Origin: an uncultured Spirochaetota bacterium
GTDB lineage: Bacteria > Spirochaetota > Spirochaetia > SZUA-6 > CAVTHK01
Length of the DNA stretch: 64,000 bases
Direction of reading: 5' to 3'
Assembly (NCBI GenBank): GCA_963734495.1
Contig: CAVTHK010000013.1
Span: 352,001 to 416,000, forward strand
Positions 23,318 to 34,959 of this stretch are shown here, in pieces (position 1 is the stretch's first letter; every line of letters starts with the position of its first letter). The position numbers and the translations under genes were made by a program. The notes beneath the pieces are model-generated. The model did no database searches. It was not told the origin of the DNA and saw only the letters and a list, made by a program, of their open reading frames with translations.

Positions 23318-24067
23318 TCACGGGCCGGCCCAGTGGAAGGTTTCCCAGTCCGGCACCATCGAGCTGCGCCGCATGTATCTGCCGGCGAAGTCGCCGGGGC
23401 AGCGGCCGGAGGTCGCGACGTCGAGCCCTCCCTCGACCGGTGTCGCGGTGAGCTCGCAGCCTTCGGCCGCAGACCCCGTCCGCAGGCGAACGACCCGCCC
23501 GTCCCAGGCGGCGTACCCCGCAACGTCGCCCGAAGCGGCGCGGCCGCCCGCACCGGCCCACGACGCATAGCCCTGCACCTTGACGCGGCCTGCATCGAGC
23601 AGCAGAAGGTCGAGGGAGCCGCCCGATGCCTGGCCCTCGCGGACGTAGTGGCCGTTGACGGCCTCCGAGCCGGGCAGGTCGTTGGCGACCTCCTCCGCGA
23701 AGAAGGGAAGCTGCCTGTTCTGCGTTGCGCCCTTCCACACGCCTTGCGCGAGGCCGTCGGGCGACAGCTCGAACGCAAGGCGCGCCGTCTCGCGTCCGGC
23801 GGCGTCCAGGGCGCGCAGCTCTGCGCGCGCGCCCTCGGCGCGCCCGACCAGCCGGGCCTCCGGGCCGCCGTCCGCCTGCGTCAATGAGCCGTTCACCGCG
23901 GCCCCTGCGAACGTCAACGTGAGCTCGACGCTCCCGTGCGCGCCCACGACGCCGAGGTACTGCCGCGTCACCGCGGGCGACTGGGCGCACGCCGGCGCCG
24001 TTGCCGCCGCCCACAAGACCGCGCCCGCCAGGACTCCGGCGCACCGGCGCACGTCATTTGCCGTCAT
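23318..24067 (-). CDS. hypothetical secreted protein
   Basis: Signal-peptide-like MTANDVRRCAGVLAGAVLWAAATAPACA; beta-rich body; no family recognised. Confidence 0.65.
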   Translation of the reverse strand: MTANDVRRCAGVLAGAVLWAAATAPACAQSPAVTRQYLGVVGAHGSVELTLTFAGAAVNGSLTQADGGPEARLVGRAEGARAELRALDAAGRETARLAFELSPDGLAQGVWKGATQNRQLPFFAEEVANDLPGSEAVNGHYVREGQASGGSLDLLLLDAGRVKVQGYASWAGAGGRAASGDVAGYAAWDGRVVRLRTGSAAEGCELTATPVEGGLDVATSGRCPGDFAGRYMRRSSMVPDWETFHWAGP

Positions 24068-24127
24068 ATACCGATGATCGGCGGTGGACCGGTTGCTCCG
24101 CACCGCGCCTTCATTTACCTTTGATCC

Positions 24128-25102
24128 GTGATTCTTTCGGAGGCCAGGATCCGGGCGCTCAACAGGCGGGCGGCGGCCGCGGCTGTCGGCGCAGCGGCCG
24201 CGGCGGCGGTGCTGGGCCTGCTCGCAGGCGCCGCGCTGGACCCGCTGCCGCGGGCGGCGCTCGCGCTGGTGCTCGCGCTCGCCGGTTTCGCCGCCGTGTA
24301 CGCGCCCGGCGCCCGCCGCCGCGCCCGCCGCGCGCGCCTCGCCTCCTCGCCGTTCCCGGAGGCGTGGGAGGCGCTGCTGCAGCAGCACGTGGCCTTCTAC
24401 CGCGGGCTGGACGAGGCGGGCCGCGAGCGGTTCCGCCGCGCGGTTGCGCTCTTTCTCGCCGAGAAGAAGGTCACCGGGGTCGACGTGCCCGCCGACGACC
24501 TCGCCCTCGTGCTCGTGGCAGCGAGCGCGGTGATCCCGGTGTTCGGGCTGCCCGAGTGGACCTACCGCAGCGTCGTGGAGGTGCTCGTCTATCCGGAAAG
24601 CTTCGACGATGACTACGAGGTGCGCGCGCGCCGCGGCGACATGCTCGGAATGGCGCCGAGCCAGACCTCGACCATCATCCTCTCGCGCGCCGCGCTGATC
24701 GAAGGCTTCGGTCCGCATCACGGGCTCATGCACGTCGGGATCCACGAGTTCCTGCACGCGATCGACGGCGAGGACGGCGAAGTGGACGGCTACCCGTCGC
24801 TTCTCCTGGATGCGGAGACGGGCCGCGAGTGGGCGCGGATCGCCAGGGAGCACCTCAAGCTGCTCGACCGCGGCGGTACCATCCTCGATTTGTACGCCGG
24901 CGAGGACGAAGGGGAGCTCTTCGCGGTGGCCGGCGAGCACTTCTTTCTCGAGCCCGCGAGCCTCGCCCGCAGCCACCCGGAGCTCTACGGGATCCTGGCA
25001 CGCATGCTGCGCCAGGACCCCGCAGGCCGCGCGGCAGCGCCGCACCGACGCCCCAGGCCGGCTGTCCGAGCCAGGCGGCGGCGCTGGCGGCCGCGGCGCT
25101 GA
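24128..25102 (+). CDS. zinc-dependent peptidase, M90/MtfA family, with N-terminal TM segments
   Basis: VLVYPESF, HVGIHEFLHAID, YA...ELFAVAGEHFFLEP, HPELY. Confidence 0.85.
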   Translation: MILSEARIRALNRRAAAAAVGAAAAAAVLGLLAGAALDPLPRAALALVLALAGFAAVYAPGARRRARRARLASSPFPEAWEALLQQHVAFYRGLDEAGRERFRRAVALFLAEKKVTGVDVPADDLALVLVAASAVIPVFGLPEWTYRSVVEVLVYPESFDDDYEVRARRGDMLGMAPSQTSTIILSRAALIEGFGPHHGLMHVGIHEFLHAIDGEDGEVDGYPSLLLDAETGREWARIAREHLKLLDRGGTILDLYAGEDEGELFAVAGEHFFLEPASLARSHPELYGILARMLRQDPAGRAAAPHRRPRPAVRARRRRWRPRR

Positions 25103-25114
25103 GCTCCGGCGGCG

Positions 25115-25757
25115 CTACTGCCGCCAGGTCGCCCCGAGTCCGAGCCGGTCGGCTGCCGCAAACGGCTCGAAGTGGATGCGGCCGCCCTTGATCCCCTCGG
25201 ATCGCCGCCCGCTCCGCGCTCTGCGACGCGAAATGGCTGAGGATCGCCCGCGCCACAAATCCGCCTGCGAGGATTCCGAGCGAAGGCAGGACGTCCACGA
25301 AGCTCTGCGACTTCCACGCGGTGTCGATCTCCTGGTAGGAGTCGCCGAAGTAGTCCAGGTGGTCGAACTTGACCTCCGCCGGGAGCGCGAAGTAGGCGCC
25401 GACGACCGTGCCCGCCGTGATCAGGATGCCGGCGGCGAGGTAGCCCGCGCCCGCCTTGTCGCCCGCTTTGAGGTTGCCTGCTCCCGGCATGATCCACGAC
25501 GCCTTCCTGACGTCGGCGATGAACTGCAGCTCCTGCATCCGCACCGACGACTCGGCGAGCACCTCGCGCACGTCGCGCACCTTGAGGTCGGAGAGCGCGG
25601 TGGACTCGCGCGGCTCGAGCAGACTGCTGATCTCCCGCAGCGCGAGATCCGCGCGCTCGACATCCATTTCGTCGCCGTGCCGCTCGCGAGGCTTTTCAGC
25701 CCACACGGGCGCAAGAGCCACTGCGAAGGCGCAGAGCGTTACGATGAGCCTGGACAT
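25115..25757 (-). CDS. hypothetical membrane/exported protein; frameshift near the C-terminus
   Basis: Signal peptide, ASWIMPGAGN motif, two hydrophobic segments; shifted frame ends GLGATWRQ* at 25115. Confidence 0.6.
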
Positions 25758-25852
25758 GGGTACCCCCGTTTATGTCGCGCCGCCTTCGTGGCGACGCATT
25801 GACGGATTCAACACCGCGCGGGCGCCCCGCTGTCACCGGCGCCGCGGCGGAC

Positions 25853-25881
25853 AAAAAAACCCCCGGACAGATGCCCGGGGG
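25853..25881 (-). terminator. rho-independent terminator of the ABC operon
   Basis: Minus strand CCCCCGG...CCGGGGG stem followed by TTTTTTT, just downstream of the binding-protein stop. Confidence 0.85.
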
Positions 25882-25903
25882 CCCTCACGTTCGTACGGCC
25901 TCT

Positions 25904-27425
25904 TCAGCCGTTCGGGAACTTGTCGTTCTTCTGAGCCGCGAACTCCTGGAACGCCTTCTTGAACTCCGGCATGGCGCGCAGCTTCAGGATGTAGGCGCGG
26001 TAATCCGCCATCGAGATCTGACCGACGATCGCCTTGATCGTGTTGGCCTGCCATTCGTTCTCGTAGGTCGGCCAGGTCTGGGTCCAGGTGTCGGACATCA
26101 GGAGCTCGAAGGCGTTGACCCTGCCCAGCTTCCCGTAGATCTGGGCATCCTTGAGCTTCTGATCGTTGTACGCCTTGGGGGCGCCGGGGTAGACGACCTT
26201 GGCCCAGTCGTTCTTCATCAGGGTCGTGATCTGCTGTACGGAGGTGCCCACTTCCTTGAGGCCCTGGTCCGTCATGACGCGGACGCCGTCCTTCATGTTG
26301 TAGTGGATGCCCTCGACGCCGAAGTAGACCATGTACAGGTATTCCTCGGTCGCGGTCTTCTCGAAGTAGTCCATGATGCGCAGCATCTTGGCCTGCGGCA
26401 CCTTTTTCGAGATGTACTGCGCGCCGTAGATGCCGGTGGCGAGCAGGGCCGTCTGGCCGCCTTTCGGGTTCTTCAGCGGCGGCAGCGAGATGACCTCGGC
26501 CTTGGGCTGGGTCTTGCGGATCTTCTCCTCGAAGAAGTAGTCGCGCCAGATGTTGCGCGAGTACGAGGCTGCCTTGCCCGAGGCGAAGAGCTCTTCGACA
26601 GCCAGGCGCTTCATGGCCGAGAACTCCTTGGGGAGGCAGTTGTCCGCGTACAGGGTCCGCAGGTACTCGACCATGTCGATGTAGTTGTCCTTGAGGTAGT
26701 TGTGGATCTGCCCGCCCTGCTCGTCGGTCGCCCAGTCGAGGGCGCCGAAGCCGGCCATCAGGTTGGCGCGAGGGCATCGCCGAGCAAGGAGCCCTCGCCG
26801 ACGAGCCCGAGGGTGTCGAGCTTGCCGTTGCCGTCGACGTCGGTGTTGACGATCTTCTTGAGCGCCTGGTGGTACTCCTCGAAGGTCGTCGGCACGGGGA
26901 TGCCCGAGCTGGTCGAGCCAGTCCTTGCGGAACTTGATCTGCACGTCGATCTGCGGGCGGCAGCGCGGCACGCTGTAGAGCTTGCCGTTGACTCTGAGGT
27001 AGTTCCAGGCACCCGGCGTCATGTTGTTCTTGAGGTTGGGGTACTTGGAAAAGTCGCCGAGAACCGGAGTGAGCTCCCAGAAGGCGCCCGCCTGGATCGC
27101 CTTGATGCAGCGTCGGCCGGGTCGCTTCGAGGCTGGTCATCACCTCCGGCAGATCGCCCGAGGCGAGCCTGAGGTCCATCTTCGCGCCGTAGTCGCCCGA
27201 CGGCACCCACTCGATCGTGACCTTGGTGTTCGTCCTCTTCTGGAACTCGGTCCACCAGGCGTTGTTCATGTCGGGGACCGCCTCGAAGAGGCCTGTCATC
27301 CAGGTCATCTCGAGCGGGCCCTGCGCCGTCGCCGCTGCTTTGTCGCCCTGTCCGCCGGCCCATGCTCCGAGCGCGGAGATTGCCAGCAGCGCCAGCGCGA
27401 CCCACAAGACACGTCGCAGGTTCAT
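25904..27425 (-). CDS. carbohydrate ABC transporter extracellular solute-binding protein; frameshifted
   Basis: Leader MNLRRVLWVALALLAISALGAWAGGQGDK, LASGDLPE, RKDWLDQLG, DVDGNGKLDT, FGVEGIHY; AAGGAGGT RBS. Confidence 0.88.
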
Positions 27426-27457
27426 CTCTGAACCTCCTTCCCAAAATGGTCGCCCCA

Positions 27458-28730
27458 TTATAGCGGGGCGGTTGACTGAAGCGACAGCATGCGGCGCCGC
27501 GGCCTCGGCCTCGCGGTGCCAGTGGATGAGGACGCCCGAGCGGGCAAGCGACTCCTGCAGCCCCGCGATCGGGACGTCGCGGAGAGCGCGTCGCTCCCGC
27601 GCCGCGAATGCCGCGGCCGTGCCCGCGGCCTGGCCCGTGAGCACGGCCGGCGGGATGACGCGCGAGACCTCCCACGCGTGGCCTTCGGCGTCGATGCTCC
27701 GGCCGGCCGTGATGATGTTGTCGACGCCGTCGGCGACAAGGGTCCCGTACGGGATCTCGTACACGGGACCCGAGCGGCTGAAGTCGCTGATGCAGGCGAT
27801 CGAGTCTTCCGCTTGCCTGCCTTCGTCCGCCTCGGTGAGCCGCGCGAGACCGACGATCCGCCGCGTCGTGCGGAACTGCGCCATCGCCGGGATCGTGATC
27901 ACGGCGGACGACCGCGAGTCGGCGGCGGCCATCTCGCGCCGGAGCAGCTCCCGGCCCTCGAGGATGAACCCCGTGACGTCGCGCGCGTCGAGCCCGACGC
28001 GCCGCGCGGCGCCCTCGGGGTGCCCCTTGCCGAGCCGGTTGGATCCCCATGTCTTGAGCTTGATCGCGAGGCGCACGTCGGCCCCTTCGACCGCCGCGCG
28101 CATCGCCTCGAGCGAGGTCGTGTAGCCGGTGTACGTGAGCCAGTTCTGCCCGCACGTGCAGGGCGCGCCCGCCTTGGCGAACACCTCGGCGTCGCCGGTG
28201 GCGTCGACCACGACGCCGGCGGCGAACGCGGCGCGGCCGCCCTTGTGCTCCACCGCGACGGCCTCGCACCTGCGGCCGCGCATGATGGGGCGCGCGAAGA
28301 CGGTGTCAAAAAGAAGGTCGACGCCGGCGTCCCGCACCCATTCGTCGAGCGCCACGACGAACGCGCAGGGGTTGAAGCGCGTGTGGTAGCGTTCGGCGGT
28401 CGCCGGGCCGCCCGCGACGCGCGCGGGCCTGCCGCGCCAGTGCTCCGGCAGCGTGTCGTAGCCGTAGCGGATCGAGAGGTGCAGCAGCTCTTCGGCCATG
28501 CCGCCCATCACCTTGCGCCCGCGCCCGTCGCAGAGCGGCTCGTACCAGGCGATGAGGCCCAGCGTCGCGAGGCCGCCGAGCATGACGCTCTTTTCCAGCA
28601 GGAGGGCGCGGGCGCCCGCGCGCGCCGCGGCCACAGCCGCGGCGGCCCCGGCGACGCCGCCGCCCACGACCACCACGTCGTAGGATCCGGCGACCGGGGT
28701 GCGCAGGGACTCGCGGACGTCGGACTTCAC
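27458..28730 (-). CDS. FAD-dependent oxidoreductase (FAD_oxidored family); 3' end uncertain
   Basis: VVVGGGVAGAAAA, LGGLATLG, VDATGDA, YEIPYGTL, GRSI, TGQAAGTAAA. Confidence 0.88.
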
Positions 28731-28734
28731 CTTG

Positions 28735-29615
28735 TCATCCTTTGATGGCGCCGATCATGACGCCGCGCACGAAGTAGCGCTGCAGGAACGGGTAGAGCAC
28801 CAGGATCGGCACCATGGCGAGCACGATCGACGCGAGGCGGATCGTCTCGTCGGGAATCCGCCCGTACTCGCTCGAGCCGGCCGTGCCGACGGCGATCGCT
28901 TCGGAGTCGATGACGAGCGTCTTGACGAGGACCTGCAGCATCCACTTCTTCGAGTCCGAGAGGAACATGAGCGGGTAGAAGTAGGAGTTCCAGTGCGCCG
29001 ACGGCAAAGAAGAGCGTGAAGGCCGCGATCGAGGCGCCCGACAGGGGCACGACGATGCGGAAGAAGACGCCGACGTCGTTGCAGCCGTCGATGATCGCCG
29101 CCTCCTCGAGCTCCATCGGGAGCGTCTGCAGGAAGCTCTTGACCACGATCAGGCTCCACGAGTTGGTGAGGCCGAAGAGGATCAGGGACCACGGAGAGTT
29201 GAGAAGGCCGAGCGACTTGATGAGCAGGTAGTTCGGGCACGATGCCCGCGTTGAAGATCAGGGTGAAGAACACGGCGCCGAGGAACGCGCCCCGGCCCGG
29301 CAGCCCCTTGCGCGTCAGGCCGTAGGCGAACGTGTAGGTCACGAAGAGGTTGAGCGCCGTGCCGACGATCGTCACGAAGGCCGTCGTGCGCAGGGAGTTG
29401 GCAAAGGCGCTCGTGGACAGGATGTAGGTGTAGGCCTTGAGAGACCACTTGCGGGGCCAGAGGGAGAACTCGAACGCCCGGTACGCGTCGGGATCGGTGA
29501 AGGAGATGCTGAACACGTAGAGGAGCGGGAACACGCAGGTGAGCGACAGCAGGGCGAGCAGTGCGTAGTTCAGCCAGTCGCCCGCCGTCGTTCTCCTTGT
29601 CTGCAGGAAGCTCAT
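28735..29615 (-). CDS. carbohydrate ABC transporter permease (MalG-like); frameshifted
   Basis: ELEEAAIIDG EAA motif, HWNSYF, YPFLQRYFVRGVMIGAIKG. Confidence 0.9.
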
Positions 29616-29656
29616 CGTCCGACCTCCCCGGGTCGGCCGGGTGGAGAAACCCGGGT

Positions 29657-30582
29657 CTAGTAGATGCCTTCATGCCCGAGCCTCTTGACCACCCAGTTCG
29701 AGAAGATCACGAGGGCCATGCCGATGAACCCCTTGAACATCCCGACCGCGACCCCGATGCCGATCAGGCCGCGGCGGACCCCCTGGGTGAACGAGTATGT
29801 GTCGAAGACCTCCGCCACGTCGATCACCAGCGGGTTCTGCATCAGCAGCACCTTTTCCAGAGGCACGCTCGCGATCTGGCCGAGCCTGATGATGAGCAGC
29901 ACGACGATCGTCGGCGCGATGCTCGGAAGGGTGATGTTGCGGATCTGGCCGAATCGCCCGGCGCCGTCGATGACCGCGGCCTCGTAGAGCTGCGGGTCGA
30001 TCCCGGAGATGGCGGCCAGGAACAGGATCGTGCCCCAGCCGCTCTCCTTCCAGATCTCCTGGACGGTCAGTACGCCCCAGAAGTACTGCGGCTGGCTCAG
30101 GAACGGGATCGGCTTGAGGCTCATGTCGATGAGGATCTTGTTGATGATCCCGATGTCGCTCGACAGGATGGTGAACGTCAGCGAGACGACGACCACCCAC
30201 GACAGGAAGTGGGGAAGGTAGACGATCGACTGGTTGATGCGCTTGAACCACTCGTGGCGGACCTCGCTCAGCATGATCGAGAGCACGATCGGCAGCGGGA
30301 AAGAAGAACACGATGATCATGAGGTTGATGACCAGGGTGTTGCGCGCCATCAGGTAGAAGAACCGGTCGCGGAACAGGTCGGAGATGTACTTGAGCCCCA
30401 CCCACTTGCCGGCGAAGAAACCGCTGGCGTAGGGGTTGTACTCCTTGAACGCGAGCAGCAGGCCCCACATGGGCGCGAAGCGGAAGACGAGCAGGTACAG
30501 CGCCCCCGGGCAGCATCAGCAGGTAGATGTAGCGGTACCTGTGGAGCGACGCCCTCAGGCCGCCGCTCGCCTCGCTCTTCAT
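29657..30582 (-). CDS. carbohydrate ABC transporter permease (MalF/LplB-like); frameshifted
   Basis: YLPHFLSWVVV, WKESGWGTILFLAAI, LYEAAVIDGA; GGAGGT RBS. Confidence 0.9.
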
Positions 30583-30706
30583 CTGAAGGACCTCCTTGGA
30601 GGTGGAGCTTACGCGGACGCCGGCTACTATAACGCAGAGCAGGCGATCGCGCCACTGTGCGCGACGCCCCGACGCCCCGGGCGAGGATCGGAGGGCGCCC
30701 GCGGCT

Positions 30707-32107
30707 TCAGCCGGTCTCTTCTCGTCTCCGAGGTAGACCCCGTCGGCGAGCAGCGCCTCCCGGAGCGCGCGGACGTCAAGCTGCCGCGGGCTCACGCCGG
30801 CGCGGCTCGCGAGGGCCGCCGCCGTGCCCGCCGCCTGCCCCTGCGCCATGCACGAGACGGTGTTGCGCGTCGACATGTGGGCCTCGAAGCTCGTCGTGAT
30901 CATGCGGCCCGGCCACGAGGACGCCTTCGATCTTTTTCGGGAGGAGGGCGCGGTACGGGATGCCGTACGCCCCGCCGTTGCGGATCATCAGCTTCGGCGC
31001 CATGTCGTGGAATCCGTAGAGCGCGACTTCGTCGTCGAACCTCCGCGCCTCGAGGATGTCGTCGAGCGACAGGTCGTGCTCGCACTCGATGATGCGCGTG
31101 CGCCTCACCCCGACCTGCACCGTGCTCCACGTGACCGCCGCCTTCTCGAAGCCGGGGATGTGCGCGCGCAGCAAGGCGGCCATGCCCATGACCTGGCCGC
31201 GCAGCACGCGCTCGGCGCGGCTGAGCTCTTCGACGTCGAGGGCGTCGAGGGGCTTGATGTTGGCCGTGTTGATGTAGCTGAGGACGCCGCCGTGCCTCGA
31301 GACGGTGAGCGGGCCCCACATGCCCGCCGGCTCCATGAACGCCTTGAAGACCGGGCAGCTTCTTCAGGTCGAAGCCGATCCTCACGAAGTCGTCGCTGCC
31401 CGCCCCCTTGTCCGCGCGGACGAGCTGCGTGATCATGCCCTTCTCCTGGAGGAAGGCGACCGCCCTCGGCAGGTCCACTCCGGTCATGCCGAAGGGCATG
31501 CCGACGTGCCGCGTCCGGAAAGGTGTTGCGGCACGGGGCGCCCGCGCGCGCCGCCACGTCGCCGTCGCCGGTGCAGTCGACCACGACGCGCGCGAGCAGC
31601 GCCTCGCGGCCCTGACTTGCTCTCGACGAAGACGCCGCGCACCCGGCCGCCCTCGACCACCGCGTCTGCGATCCACGTGTGAAAGAGCACCTTGACCCCG
31701 GCCTCGGCGAGCATCTCGAGCATGACGTGCTTGAAGATCTCGGGGTCGATGATCGTGGCCACGGAGTCGTACGAGTAGCCCTGCGTCTGCTCCAGGTGCC
31801 CGAACGATCCTCCCGCGGCCACGAGCCTGCGCACGATCTCGTCGGGGATGCCGCGGACGACCTGCGTCTTCGGGACGCCGGGGAACGCCTTCCACAGGTT
31901 GAAAAAGCTGTGCAGAGGGCCGGCCCCGTTGATCATGGTGCCGCCCACGAATCCGTACCTCTCCACCAGAACGGTCGATGCGCCCCGACGCGCGGCCGCC
32001 AGCGCGGCCACGCGGCCGGCGGTGCCGCCGCCCGCTACGAGCACGTCGCACTCCAGGCGCACCGGGGTCGACCTCCGCTCCTCGATGCGCTTGCGCGTAT
32101 CTGCCAT
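30707..32107 (-). CDS. FAD-dependent oxidoreductase (FAD_oxidored family); frameshifted, 3' end inferred
   Basis: LVAGGGTAG, VDCTGDGD, YGIPYRALLPK, QGQAAGTAAA; AAGGAGGT RBS and TATGAT -10. Confidence 0.88.
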
Positions 32108-32254
32108 CAGGACCTCCTTGGACGCAGCTCGCGGCGATCATACCTGCGAGGCGCGGCCGTGGGTAGTGGCATTGCCGCGGCGCCGCAGAGGCTGACCGGG
32201 CCGGCCAGCGCAAACCTCCGCGAACGAGAGAACGTGTCGATGCGAAGCAGGCGA

Positions 32255-33793
32255 TCAGCTTTCGACCGGGCTTAACCCCAATTTCTCGACGGTATACACC
32301 GACAGCCGCCTCTCCTCGGCGGACAAAGCGTCCTCGAGGCCGCGGTCGTCCTGGTCGACCGGCGAGACGCTGTCCGGAAGGCTCTCCGCGCGGGTTCTGA
32401 ACGAAGGATGGGAGTCGAACTCGGTCTCGGTGTAATCGCGAAGATCCGCGACGATCTTCGCGCGCTCCTCCACAAGGGAATTCATCCGGCTGTCCACCGT
32501 CTGGAAGAGCTCGTCGGTTTGCTTGAGATCGATGTTGCTCAAGGCCGCCGCGAACAGCGGGCCGTTCACGGAGACCTTCTCCAGCGCGCTGAGGAATGGC
32601 TGCCGGCCGTAACGCCGGGCGGCAATCCAGTCGGCCCGCAGCTCCCGACTCCTGCCGAGCATCGAGTCGATCGTGGCGAAGTAGTCGTGGAAGCTCAGCA
32701 GGAAGTGGATTGCCGGAAGCTGAAGAATGAATATCGCCGCACCCAGAGTTCCCTGCCCCTGCGTATTCCGCCTGAGCGACATCACGACGCTGCCGATCCC
32801 GCGATACACCGGAGACACGAACAGCGAATAGGACGTGTCCTTCCCCGAGAAATGCGCGAACTCGTGCGCGAGCACGGACTTGAGCTCGCCCTCCGTGAGC
32901 CCCTTGAGCGAGGGCAACCCCAGCGACAGGATTCTTCCCGAGATTACGCCGTCCATGGTCTCGATCCTGCCCTGCGTGACAAAGAAGCCCGGCTCGGCGT
33001 TCAGGATGATGTGGTCGGCCTTCTGAGTGCCCACATCTGCGGCAACCCCGTCGACGAGCTGCCTGATCTGCGGATGCTCGTGGGAGGCCAGCTCCACGCT
33101 CAAGGTCTTCGCGGGCTCGGGCCGCACGATGCTCCTCACGGCGACGAAGTTCGCCCAGACCGCCAGCAGCGGAGCGAAGAACCCCGCGGCGATCAGAACC
33201 ACGGGTATGCGTGGAATCTGGAAGAGCAGAAAGAGGAAGAGGGCGGAGAACCCGACCGTGATGAAGGACGAGAACACCAGCGTGACAAAGACGAGGGGAA
33301 CGGAGGCCAGCGCCAGGAGTCGAAGAAACGCGGACGCTCTGGGCTCGGCATCGAGCACCGTGTTGCGAACCTGGAAGTCCGCCGCCCTGTTCTTCATGAC
33401 TCCCGAGCGCCAGCGGCGCCACAGGATGAGAGCGACGACGCCCATGCCCAACGCGACCGCAACCTGCAGGACGCCATACACCGCGCCCACGAATCCGTCC
33501 AGCATGCGAATGACCGGGCGCATCTGAAATCCTATCAGGACGAACACGGACAGGACTCCGTTCACGATCCGGTAGCGCCAGCTCTGCGGCAACGAAGAGA
33601 CGAATACCAGCAGGAAAGAGGGAATCGCGACGATCACCAGGAAATACGCGGCGACGAGAGCCAGCCCTTCCGCGCCGGACTTCCGGAACACCACGAGAAG
33701 CAGGTCTCTCGCGGCCACGTAGCAGGCTGACCCGGCAAGCAGTCCGACGACCATCATCGCGATTTCGGATGCTTTGACCTGAGCGTTTTTCAC
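32255..33793 (-). CDS. M48 (HtpX-like) membrane zinc metallopeptidase
   Basis: LAHEFAH, RELRAD, SHPS...R; several N-terminal TM helices; GTG start 33793 after TGcTATGAT and AGGGGG. Confidence 0.85.
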   Translation of the reverse strand: MKNAQVKASEIAMMVVGLLAGSACYVAARDLLLVVFRKSGAEGLALVAAYFLVIVAIPSFLLVFVSSLPQSWRYRIVNGVLSVFVLIGFQMRPVIRMLDGFVGAVYGVLQVAVALGMGVVALILWRRWRSGVMKNRAADFQVRNTVLDAEPRASAFLRLLALASVPLVFVTLVFSSFITVGFSALFLFLLFQIPRIPVVLIAAGFFAPLLAVWANFVAVRSIVRPEPAKTLSVELASHEHPQIRQLVDGVAADVGTQKADHIILNAEPGFFVTQGRIETMDGVISGRILSLGLPSLKGLTEGELKSVLAHEFAHFSGKDTSYSLFVSPVYRGIGSVVMSLRRNTQGQGTLGAAIFILQLPAIHFLLSFHDYFATIDSMLGRSRELRADWIAARRYGRQPFLSALEKVSVNGPLFAAALSNIDLKQTDELFQTVDSRMNSLVEERAKIVADLRDYTETEFDSHPSFRTRAESLPDSVSPVDQDDRGLEDALSAEERRLSVYTVEKLGLSPVES

Positions 33794-33994
33794 CGAGACC
33801 CCCTTGCCTATCATCATAGCACCGGGCCGGACACACGGCGGTCTCTCTCGCGCGTATTTGCCGCGTGAACGGTAGACCGGACGATGTAGCTCACCGGCCT
33901 TGCCGTGACCCGTCGGACCCGCAGTATCTTGGTCCGGATGCAAGGGGTCGAGTACGAGAGATCTCGTTCCGGACCGCGTGCGATGGGCGGAAGA

Positions 33995-34321
33995 ATGCCG
34001 AACGAAGCATTGGTGCTGGACCTCGTCGAGTGGGTGGCGCGTGGACCCCGCAGGTATGACGAGGTCATGAGGGCCTGGAGGACCACATGCCCCAGGCTGA
34101 CGATATGGGAAGATGCTGTCGACGCCGGTCTTGTAAGCCAATCCGGCACGACGGTTCAAACGACCCCGCTCGGCATGCAGTTCCTACGAGCTCACGGCAG
34201 GCCGACACTGTTCCGTCGCGCACTGATTGAGCGGCGCGGACCCGACGACCATGTTGACCGGGACTCGGCTGATGGCTATCTTTCCAGCGTTGGACCTGCC
34301 CGGATGGCTACCGTCCGCTGA
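33995..34321 (+). CDS. small conserved-looking hypothetical protein (winged-helix-like)
   Basis: LVLDLVEWVA..PRRYDEVMRAWRTTCPRLTIWEDAVDAGLV; true stop uncertain. Confidence 0.6.
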   Translation: MPNEALVLDLVEWVARGPRRYDEVMRAWRTTCPRLTIWEDAVDAGLVSQSGTTVQTTPLGMQFLRAHGRPTLFRRALIERRGPDDHVDRDSADGYLSSVGPARMATVR

Positions 34322-34959
34322 GGTGCGCGAAGGCAACGGCCACGCGCGAGCTGCCGCGGATTACATGGATGCTGCACAGGATCTACTCGGATGCCGGTGC
34401 GCGCATGGACGCATGGGCTCGCGAGCAGGGGTTCGGCTGCCCGTCCGGCTGCGGCACCTGCTGCCAGGGCTACGTGCCCGATTGCTTGCCGGTCGAGGCC
34501 GAGTACCTCGCGCTCTATCTTCTTGCGGAAAAGCCGCAGACCGCGGCGCGCATGCTCGAGCCCTCGGCAGGACCGCGCGCCGGTCCGATGTCCGCTGTAC
34601 GACCCGTCGTCGCCCTTCCACTGTTCGGTGTACCCCGCCCGCCCGCTCGTCTGCCGACTGTTCGCCTTTGCCGGCACCCGCTCCAAGCAGCGGCGATTGG
34701 ACCTTCAGGCTCTGCCGGCACATGCCCGCGCCCGCTGGCGTGGAACGGCGAGCGCGAGATCGGTCAGGCCACCCGCCCGGGCCTCGCGCCGCCGCCGCTG
34801 ATGACCGACGTCGAGGCGGAGGTCGCGGGGATCAGGCCCCTGGACGCGGGGCTGCGCAAGCCGCTCCCCGAAGCCCTGCGCGCCGCGCTGCAGCGGATCC
34901 TGCTGCGGCGATCGCTCACCACGCGCGCTCCCTCTCCTCTACAACGCGAAGCCAGTTGA
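34272..34959 (+). CDS. YkgJ family cysteine-cluster (CxxxCxxCC) protein; frameshifted
   Basis: CPSGCGTCC, CPLY, CSVYPARPLVCRLF. Confidence 0.8.
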
